Below, piece after piece: positions 54,121 to 64,000 of a stretch of 64,000 nt of DNA. Position 1 is the first letter of the stretch. Each line of letters opens with the position of its first letter. The translations under genes and the position numbers were made by a program. The notes below the pieces were generated by a model. The model saw nothing but the letters and a program-made list of their open reading frames with translations, had not been told where the DNA came from and did not search any database. The stretch lies in the NCBI GenBank assembly GCA_965235115.1, contig OZ249436.1, forward strand, positions 36,830,001 to 36,894,000, written 5' to 3'. The stretch comes from Laetmonice hystrix. Taxonomy: Eukaryota.

Positions 54121-54710
54121 TACATTCTATACTACCACTACTATGCACGGCGCACCGAAGCAGACCTGGCTGGGAAGATCCCCTTTTGTTCAAAATGAAA
54201 TGAAAAAGTTAAAAATACATTTACACGCCTTCTCCGGCCTTTTCTTTTACCGGTGCCAAATTTTATAACTTGCGAGCCTACGCATTATTAGCAGCACGTT
54301 AAGCACACATTTCACACAGCGACATCAATAACTATCCCGACATGGGGAGACTACATACATTGTACGCCAGAATCATACAAGTAGTCAGGTATATCACAGG
54401 AGGAGGGGGAGGAGATTTTTCAGTCGAAAACTAGGTTATTAGGGAGAAATGTTCGGTGTGACAAAAGTGGGCACAGTGCATGGTGCATGACAGTCCGAAA
54501 ATTATGAATAAAGTGGTACCCTCGAGAACGACAAAAGTGGGCTATTTTTGGACAAAAGTGGTGACCTGTGACAAAGGTGGGCATTGTGTGCGACAAAAGT
54601 GGTGACCTGTGACAAAAGTGGTAAAAATGACAAAAGTGGTTGCTACACAGGGCGTAAAACCTCCAATTCTCTAACTAACTGACTTTTTATTTCATTCCTT
54701 CATTCATTCC
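52030..54710 (+). mobile_element. MetaSINE-like SINE interrupted in its tail by the 52411-54647 transposon
   Basis: ggtatgccaagccgtatctgtgcgactgggcatata...gaacccttgcagtatttcgaaaagagtaggg (52218-52295); the tail cagggcgtaaaacctccaat resumes at 54648. Confidence 0.72.
52411..54647 (+). mobile_element. 2.24-kb non-autonomous TGT..ACA DNA transposon (copy 1)
   Basis: CAGGG|TGTAACAACCACTTTTGTC ... GACAAAAGTGGTTGCTACA|CAGGG; TIRs of more than 120 bp made of CCACTTTTGTCAC subrepeats; internal (CT)n/(CTGT)n tract. Confidence 0.95.
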
Positions 54711-57529
54711 CCTGACAAGCTATGCCCGCTACCGTCATGCCTTATTCATACTTTTCTACTACCGGCCGTACATTAACTTTCCATGAATCCGAAAAAATGG
54801 TGCTTTTGGCATTGAGCAGCTCTCTGATTCAGTGATGTCTGAAAATTGTCTCGTATGGACTCCGTAAAACATTCCAGCGGCAACTGGTCTTCGTCAGTGG
54901 TAAGCTGGGCATGAACCAGTGCTGTATGTTTGAAAACCAAGTGTGTAATTTCTGTGAACGTTTGAGAAGAGCGGTGAAATGAAAACTCAGGAGGCGCAAT
55001 ACTTTATTGATAAATCGTTTACCCGCGACCTATACTTCCATTAGGTTAATCGATTTAAGGAAATGTAAGATGTGAAGTTGTCCAATGTCTGCTCCAAACC
55101 AATCATCACTGTGACCTGTGTGCACTGAGGGAAAGAGAGAAATTGCATTGGAACGGGACCTTATTGGTCTTCGATGTAATAGCGGCATAAGACAGTAGTT
55201 CTACCACCCCTGTCCGTCATTAGTCCATAGGGACAATGCTAAATGAAAGCGTGAGAAGTCTGGCGACTAATTACGCTTCATTTAGCGTGATTGTTACGTC
55301 ATAGTGGCCTTATTAATCATTAATGACACTATGACGTATATCATGACGAGATGGAGAGAATCATGAGAAGGGAGTCGACAACTGACCGGGGGGGGGGGGG
55401 GGTCAAACTCGATAAAACAGGTTAGAATACTAATAAATTTCGAGAAATGAACGATATTATTGAAATCGACGTGGGAGAACGGCAATTGATCACGGTGCGA
55501 AGGGCGAGTCGCCCGACTCAAGCACGAGCTCGAGAAGCCCGACCCATAGCACCGCGCAAATATCAATTCCGAATATAGACAAAAAGGACAAATAATATAT
55601 CATTCTAAAGGTCGACATAACAAAAGGGCACTATAACAAACTAACTTAACAAAAGGGCAATATAACTAGCTAATGAAGTAACTAAATTACTGATAACAGC
55701 ATCTGTGCCAAGCTCAAGTTTCAAATCAGTGAAAGGCGTTGTTTTATATTAAAACTCTGGTCACGAAGGTTACACGGCCTCCCCAGCGAGCTGTATGGCC
55801 GCTCGCGCCACGCCAAAGCTGATGTGGTTAATTTGCAAACCCTGTCTCTCATAGCGTTATCACCGACACTGTTAGGAGTCGATGGGCAGCCACATTCCCA
55901 ACTGTGTAGGAGTGGGTATTCTCTATATCCACACATTGCTCATGCCTGTGTTGGGTTAAGAGCAGTTTCAATTTCACTTGGAAGGTTTTTGTTATGCCAA
56001 CTTGCTTCGAATAGAGTGCCATATACCTCATGCTGAGACCTAAATGGATTAATTGCACGGTCTACTGTAACAGGAAGGAATTTACTCCTGAAACGTAAAG
56101 CCGACATTTAAAAGTACAGTGCTACGGTAATGTCGACTGTGTGGCTTGCAAGAATCATTTCCTTTTGTTGGTGGGTGGGACGGGGGTACATTTTTATTAC
56201 TCACCGTTGGAGCTCTGTTTGAAGAAAAGAAAATTAAAAGACGCACAGACAGTGTTGGTTGCTCGCAGTCAATAAAGGGGAGGAGTCTGCGACCAGAAAA
56301 CGTGAGAGTCTTGGAGTCGTGAAGGGTTACGATCAATTATTGTGCCACTTGGAATGAGACGTACATCCGTGAGAAAACCTTCACGTGTGTCCTTTCTACC
56401 ATTGTTGGGGCTACTTGTGAAGTCGACCAGAGGGCGGGTTTCACACGTATCGCCGTTATCTGGTCGTTAGAAATAAACGTGACGAGGTCCAAGTGACTTG
56501 ATTTAAAAAAAGGAAAAGGCTTTAGACCCAACGGTTCGACATATAAGGTTCATGTTGATCCTTATAAGTTGAGTTCAAGTGGTGTTGAACCTACTACGCC
56601 CACTCGGTGGGCGTAGAAGGATCAACATGGGACAATAATATTATGCATGTTGATCCCTATATGCCTAACTGTTCGGCGTATTAGCCTACACATGTTATAC
56701 GATATTCGTTGTAACGTCGAAGGAAATGCAATGTTCTAATTATCTTAATCCAAAGTTCTGCATTTATTAAATCTAGATGATTCTTTATTGTCTACAAAAC
56801 TCTTATGCAGAATTGTACGCTGGGATCTTTCAGTTGGCGGTCTCGACCGTCCGACAGCTCTTCTTTACGAACACAGTGTTATTTTGCTTACAAAAGCTGA
56901 CTAAAGCCTGCACTGAAAAGCAGCATAATGAAAATTCTGCCCCATGCTTCGGTCTGACATCTTCGAGAACGACGTAGAACTGACAAGAGCCAGTTTAGGC
57001 GCCTTATATAGCCGAAATGACCTAATAATTAAAACGGATTCCCATTGGTCAATAGTGGTTGGGCGTAGAAGGGACATGTCATGGCTAATACGCGCAACGG
57101 TTGGGCGTATAGCCACTCCGTATGTAACGACGCCTTCTTCCGCTGCAAGGTCCCATTGTGACCCATCTGGCAGACGTTCTGGATTCGTCTCGGCATTTGT
57201 CACCTTTTTAGGTGCAGACGGAAATTAAACAGCAAATGCAAATTTATCAAATCGCTTTTCAGAATTTATTTCACCACATAGGGATCCGACGGAACACAGA
57301 AGCGAGGGGGGGGGGGGGGGTTACCAGATTTAGGTTTATTTGATTACCCTGAGCGAGTGCGCCGAGTGGGCTATGTCTGCAGTATTTCAACCGGGTTCAG
57401 AGCTATATCAACCAATAGGCCAAGGGACCTATTATACCCCCGAGTCCGGGGAGGGTGGGGTGGGTGGGGCTGTGGGGCGGGAGGGGGGGGGGGCGGTGGT
57501 GACGAGGATGAACTTTCAAGACGTAGTAG

Positions 57530-57620
57530 CCGCTATATCCTCGCACAACCCGTTTCTTCCCACGGCCTGGGATTTATCGTTGACCGGAGGCTCTTTTCAG
57601 CACCCAATCTTCCCAGTTGC
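57530..57620 (+). mobile_element. Fragment of the same SINE family
   Basis: ttcccacggcctgggatttatcgttg..gaggctct.ttcagcacccaatctt matches 52053-52108. Confidence 0.75.
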
Positions 57621-60269
57621 GGGTTGTCCAACTTTTCCTTAAAAAAAACCAATGTTACCATGCACCTGTAACAACACTTTTGAAAGCACTCAAATTGCTT
57701 GTTGCTGTTGAAGATCGATGCATTCCCAACTACGGGGAAATGACAAATTTGGGATACCCGATGCCTTTACTCGAACCCCGGGCCAAATTCATATAGATCA
57801 TAGCAGGCGAAATGACAGGAGAATTGAAACTGGGACAACTCATCAAGAAAAGGCGGGCGCATCACCTGCCAGGCCGCGTGATGGATAAACTGTCAGAACT
57901 GTCAATGAACGCGTGCCCGACACGAGCGACGACCAGCCCACGGCTTGCATCAATCTTAGAGATCTCTTATTACGATCGTGACACATCGACTGCCAATCAT
58001 CGAGTCCATTACTGCAACGTTATTCTTTACAATGACGTGCGACGTGACGTCCATCATAGTCGTGGCATTACGGCATGGAAAGCGGGTTTAAACTGTGTGC
58101 GCCGGGAGCGCTAGAGGAATGCATGTAAATGTTTGGTTTACGTGGAACGACTTTGAGTCTTTGAATGACATGCTTCGTGTCGGCATCATAAATGCTCCGT
58201 TATCTATGATGACAGCGAGAATAACGAAATGTTTGTAATTGCAAGCTCCTAATTGAGTTGCACTTGCATCCTTTTTCAGCCTAGAATCTGCAAAATGCGT
58301 GTCAGGTTTCACGTCAGCATTCCTGACACGACTGTTAGGGAAAGAAGAAGAAGCGTGTTATGCATGCATGCAGTGTCAACCCCGATGGCGAGTTCTTAAA
58401 TGTGTAAAGGGTAATGAATCTAACAGCCAGTATATACAAGTATGGTGCTCCAATAAATGCTGAATGTTCCTGTGCTTATGTTGAAGCCTTGACATATCGC
58501 CTGTAATTGTTAGCGCTATACCAATTACCAACTTGAATCCAATTGCAACTTTACGCAATTATCTACGATTATCTATTGAGGCAGTCACAATGTGTGATGA
58601 GCCGATACAGTAATCGTAATGAGATATTATCAGAACGAAAAGGGCTGACTGACCTCATGCACAGTGGAAGCCGCGACCTTCGAAGCGTTACAGTCGTAAG
58701 TACCCATTTTGTGCGGTATATAGTTTCATGCACGGACATCCATGAAGATGAAATGTTAGCACAATGGAGGTCTTCCAGTAATTAATGATAACGTATAGTG
58801 AGCAGAAAACAACGTGGAATGCTGGCATAATGATATAACAGGGGCACAGTGGTATCCAGGGGTTCTGTTATATGGAAGCCATCCCGGGTACTGGACATTA
58901 TGCATGGTTGCCAACGGTGTGAACCACAATACCAGAGTGGGCATGGAGGGAGGATTCGGTTTTGGCCTGCTATAGGGAGAAAGAAATAAGTCTCCTAAAA
59001 CACTTATTTGGAGATGGCAGGCCAATCCGTCTTAAATAGTTCATGAGAACAAGGACGTTATAAGGCTACAGGAGTACTTTAAAACCTCCAAGTTTCCATA
59101 GTCTTATTTCTTATTACGGTTCGGAGCATATTGGAGAGCTGAAATTTGGGGTGGCTTGTGATGCGATGCTTGCCGCTCATGCAGGGTTCCAAGCCCTATA
59201 GAGTGGGTCCAAGGGGCTTCACCATAAAAGTTCAAGAAATTGATGCGCAATTCTTTAAGGCATTTTGAAAGAGAAGCTGGAAAACATTCCACAAAACATG
59301 TTTGCACTATGGGGCAAGATATTTTGCATTATGTGCCAAGATATGCACAATTCTTTTATGAAGTATTAGCACGTTTTTATCCATTTCTTCATTGTTCTTT
59401 AACAATGTTCGTTACGCCGATCGACACGGCGCATTGACTTGTCTGAGGGGTGATTTAATGAAAACAGGACTTGTGTAAATGATTGATTTTAGCCTATTTC
59501 ATGAAAAGAGGAATTGAACAGTCATCCGTGGAAAACCAGAAATCAAAAGTCCTTTTATTGCCCACAGATTACGAGACACAGTTTGGCGCAGGAGTTTCTT
59601 ACCTAACTCTTTATTTACAACGTTTCCTGTTAAAGGTAATATGTCACGGATTTCAAATAATACGTCGTGTTTCAGCAAAAATAATGTCTGCATTGCGGTT
59701 CTCCGATATGCCCCAAAGGTCACCTACCTGTTTATGCAGCTTTGGCCGGTATTTTTTAAAAAACACCCCGCCAATTCGTAATGCGGTCACTGAAAATGAC
59801 ACACTTAGATTCCGAGACCCCGGGATTTGCAGCCGGCTGTGTTTTGCACCCTTTTCACACGATCGGCGGACGGGCCATAATAGCGCGTGCGAGTAATCAC
59901 AGCGAGAGTCACGTGATCATGGGACCCGTTCAAACGATTCGCGGCGGCCAAAGGGGGCCAAAATGGCGGATTCATCGCACTTTGCGGACACTGCGGCTAG
60001 TTTTATTCATTCTTATACATTAGGGAGAATTTCACAGCTGTCTACTCATAGTATGTGTTAACAGAATCAATATGAAAAACAATCAGTGCCATAAAGTACG
60101 TCAGTGGTGAGCAGGTAAACAGAAAACTGAAGATTTCGGTCGATACCCCCCGTGACATATTTCCTTTAACACTATCAGCATGAAAACTAAAAGGAAAAGC
60201 CTGGCCTTGCACCCTGACGGACACTGGTTCTGCCTAATATCCTAACTGAAGAGAAACATGTAATCTTAC

Positions 60270-60490
60270 CAGATTTGCCCCAAAAGCGATCTATTTACTC
60301 GTAATTCTTGCGAAATTTGATGAGCAAACCTGCACACCGGTTCTGAAAAACCCGGCACGCGTTTTTCAGCAGGATGTTTACACCGCCAAGCACTGTCACC
60401 CACGATGCATTGCGCGAGACAAAAACGAGGCTCGCACCTGCACATGGACGTGGAAGGCTTTCCCAACAACATGCTGCGTGCTAGCTAGTA
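60270..60490 (-). pseudogene. Decayed THAP-like zinc-finger remnant, probably of DNA-transposon origin
   Basis: Frameshifted QH...CRCEPRFCL...GDSAWR...KTRAGF...QVCSSNF resembles C-x-C-x-PPF-x-L ... W ... VCSxHF; gtaag donor directly after. Confidence 0.4.
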
Positions 60491-60794
60491 CTAAATCAAT
60501 TAGTGAAGAAACGCAAGAAGTTTGCTCGGAATCGGGATAGATCGAAACGGCAAGTGTATATCGGGACTGCTTTTAATCGCTTGGTGAATTTAAGGGAAGT
60601 TCTTGGCTGTCGACAGCTTACAGTTACAATGCCGGTGTTACTCCGGTGCCTCCACAAGCACAGCTAACGTTGCCCGCCAAGTCGCCCGGTAGGGTACCGC
60701 CCTGCCGCCTTCGACCACCTCAAGGCACCGATCATTCTTTCCATGTAGCTGGTCAACCACACGTCGTGTAACTCTAGGCGGCAGAGGAGGGCGT

Positions 60795-61502
60795 TGTAGC
60801 AACCACTTTTGTCATTTTTACCACTTTTGTCACAGGTCACCATTTTTGTCGCACAAAATGCCCACCTTTGTCACAGGTCACCACTTTTGTCCCAAAATAG
60901 CCCACTTTTGTCGTTCTCGAGGACACCACTTTATTCATAATTTTCGGACTGTCATGCACCATGCACTGTGCCCACTTTTGTCACACCGAACATTTCTCCC
61001 TAATAACCTAGTTTCCGACTGAAAAATCCCCCCCCCTCCTCCTGTGATATACCTGACTACTTGTATGATTCTGGCGTACAATGTATGTAGTCTTCCCCAT
61101 GTCGGGATAGTTATTGATGTCGTTGTGTGAAATGTGTGCTTAACGTGCTGCTAATAATGCGTAGGCTCGCAAGTTATAAAATTTGGCACCGGTAAAAGAA
61201 AAGGCCGGAGAAGGCGTGTAAATGTATTTTCAACTTTTTCATTTCATTTTGAACAAAAGGGGATCCTCCCAGCCAGGTCTGCTTCGGTGCGCCGTGCTTA
61301 GTAGTGGCAGTATAGAATGTAAGTGAAAGAGAGAGAAAGACAGACAGACAGACAGACAGACAGAGGGGGAAGAGAGATAGGGGAGGGCAATAGAGAGAGA
61401 GAGGGAGAAAGAGAGAGGGGAAAGGAGACATATGGGGGGGGTGAGAGGGAGGGAGAACGAGAGATACGGGGAGAGGCAGAGGGATGCAGAAGAGAGAGAG
61501 CG

Positions 61503-61535
<33 letters not shown>

Positions 61536-61569
61536 AGAGAGAGAGAGAGTGGGAGAGAGAGTGAACGAC

Positions 61570-61647
<78 letters not shown>

Positions 61648-63096
61648 AAAGAAAAAGTGAATTTGGTCTTAGTCGACTAGATTCGTTCATCCTACCGTTC
61701 GAAGATCTGGCGTCTGAGACAACACGTGATAACCCAATGATAGCCGCCATACGGAACCGTGCCACAGACCGACCCACTGACGGGGAACGGGTTGTATTGC
61801 TACATCCCTTTAGAAGAGTCATGTCGCACTTTTCTCAGGCTTGCACCCTCCCGCCTCCAAGTGGACACTAAGTGACTCATCATACTGTCAGTGTTTGAAC
61901 CATCAGCACGTGTTGCCAGACTACGACCGAACGTGGACCCATGCAAGCTCCTTCCGACCATCAGCCAGTTCATGGGAGACAGACCCGAGTCTATCTAAGC
62001 GATACTTTCAGACGTGACCGTTCACTGTACATTTGACAAGTGGTTTCCTAGCTTTATATAGTGGGGAGGTCAAGCTGGACCTCCAGAGTGGTGTCCCACA
62101 CAACCACATTGTTTTACTAAGATAAAAACATTTTACAGGCAACAACCAAAGCCCTGGAGGTGTAGATCCCGTCTGTAGCACTAAAAATAGGGGGACCATC
62201 CATAGTTTCTTCCTGCAAGTTGATTTCATTAAAACATATTAATAAAAATGATAAAATCAGGGCACCATGGACAATGAGGCACGTGACACCGACGTTCTGC
62301 ATACGACAGTCGTCACCCAACGTCAAGGTCAACATAGTTACAGTCATTTATATACAAATTAGGATCTCACCTCCAAAACCAATTGCTTACATGGCTGTAT
62401 TTTAGTGTGTTCTTTACCACAAAGCAATATAAGTGAACACCGACTTAAACATCAGAAGGTTTTACAGGTAGAACATATTTCACCTTAATCAAGACACCAT
62501 TTCCACCGTCCTGTCTGTCCAAATGAAAACAAGGTGTACAACCAAGCATGTCTGGCGGTGTCATACTGTCTACAGGTAAAACTGTTGACTGTAACTGACT
62601 GACGTACAGAGTCGCCGGCGTGAGGTGTGACAAACAAACCTGGACAATAGAAACCACTACCTGGTATTTATAGCACAAGACTTTATTAGAGGAGTGCGTT
62701 TTCTGGCATAGCTTTCACATACTCTATTTACTACACAGATCTTGCTTACTTTCATACAGTAATGCCATAAATTATGCCCAATGGTTAATTAATCACTTGA
62801 TTATTGTTTGTTCATGAAGAAGTAAAAGTTTTAATATCAACTAATGCAATATGTGCCCCTGACTTCATGGATCTGTTATCCGTAAACCATCTCATTTCTG
62901 CTACGCTGTCTTTTTTGGCCTTGACAAGTTTAACAAAACCGGTCAAAAAATTATGACTAAAGCGATGTCCTTAAGAACGACAAAAGTGGGCGACGTTGTG
63001 ACAAAAGTGGTGACCTGTGACAAAAGTGGGCATTTTGTGTGACAAAAGTGGTGACCTGTGACAAAAGTGGTAAAAATGACAAAAGTGGTTGCTACA
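60795..63096 (-). mobile_element. 2.30-kb non-autonomous TGT..ACA DNA transposon (copy 2, inverted)
   Basis: GGGCGT|TGTAGCAACCACTTTTGTC ... GACAAAAGTGGTTGCTACA|GGGCGT; highly similar reverse complement of 52411-54647. Confidence 0.95.
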
Positions 63097-64000
63097 GGGC
63101 GTACATGCCGAGGGAGATTGCAACCGGTGAAATCCTCTCACGCTGGATTGTCAACAGCAAAAAATATCACCCTTGGAGGCCCACTCGTCCCTCCCCCTCC
63201 TGTCTACATAATATGAATACGACATATGGGCTACTTCTGTTGCGTGATCGATATTTGGCTTGCGGGACGATGAGGACGCCATCTTGTTTGGCTGCGTCAT
63301 AAAGTCACGTGAGGGAATTCCCCTCAGTTCAAATCCAATGGTGGTTGAATCACAGCACGTTTTTCTTTCCATTGATCGCGATTTTCGGTACTGCAAGTAA
63401 CACGCAGGTAGTGTCCCTGTTGGACATGGCAAATATTTGTACACGTCTTTGGTAACATGCAGGAAGTAGTATTAGAAAATCGTTAAAATTTTCCTACACT
63501 CCACGCTATAGTATGACTTTAATGTAACATCAATGGAATCCCCTTGGGAGTGGGGTCCTAGAAAGGGCAACCTAACACTGCCGGACCCCAGCTTTGCAGT
63601 CGACTGGCTAACCTCCCTAAGCAGATGTGTAGATAGGAAGAGACACCTGCATTTTATTATCTGCTGTTCGATCAGGTTAAATAATAATTAATAAACTTTG
63701 TTGCTGTTACGGCGATTGAACAAAATACCACTTGTCCCCTCAAAAATTTCGATCTTTCAATCAGCCTTAAAATCTCCATGCCTGTCTTTCGAGTTCCGCC
63801 TGCTGGTTGGATAATCCTTGAAATGATATAAAATGGTACAGGGAATGGTAAAATCCTCTTTGTTCATAAGCACAAATCACTCACAAGTTAGGAAACGACT
63901 GATCCCTGGGCATTGTTTTTGTGGTTGTTGATCTTCGCCAATGAATTCCGTGGCCGTGGGAAGCTATTGTAAAAAAGGAGAGAGATTGCAAATCCTTGAC

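Noticed and set aside
56901..57228. Antiparallel 94-100 aa ORFs
   Set aside because: The lengths are compatible with chance and no domain is recognisable.

Overview
This is repeat-dense animal (probably marine invertebrate) genomic DNA, roughly 40-45% GC, and looks intergenic or intronic. I cannot support any intact protein-coding gene, rRNA, true tRNA or CRISPR array, and almost all entries in the ORF track look spurious. The window is a mosaic of non-autonomous DNA transposons: TGT..ACA Ginger-like families, PIF/Harbinger-like, piggyBac-like, Kolobok-like, CAGTGGCG-type MITEs and foldback elements. It also holds MetaSINE-like copies, decayed LINE reverse-transcriptase fragments, (GA)n microsatellites and two decayed domain remnants (a kinase C-lobe and a THAP-like zinc finger). 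The most striking signal is the heavy over-representation of TA-flanked short motifs (TAGGCCTA at least 17 times against about 1 expected; also TAGCCTA/TAGGCTA, TACATGTA, TACAGTA/TACTGTA). Four comparisons between paralogous repeat copies show these motifs as 5-6 bp insertions at a TA site, which fits transposon excision footprints, including footprints of an unidentified GG..CC-ended, TA-targeting element. Other highlights are an inverted pair of 2.2-2.3 kb TGT..ACA elements that share an 8-bp target motif, and a four-level nested transposon cluster at 24-28.6 kb. Superfamily labels come from termini and target-site duplications read by eye, not from database searches.
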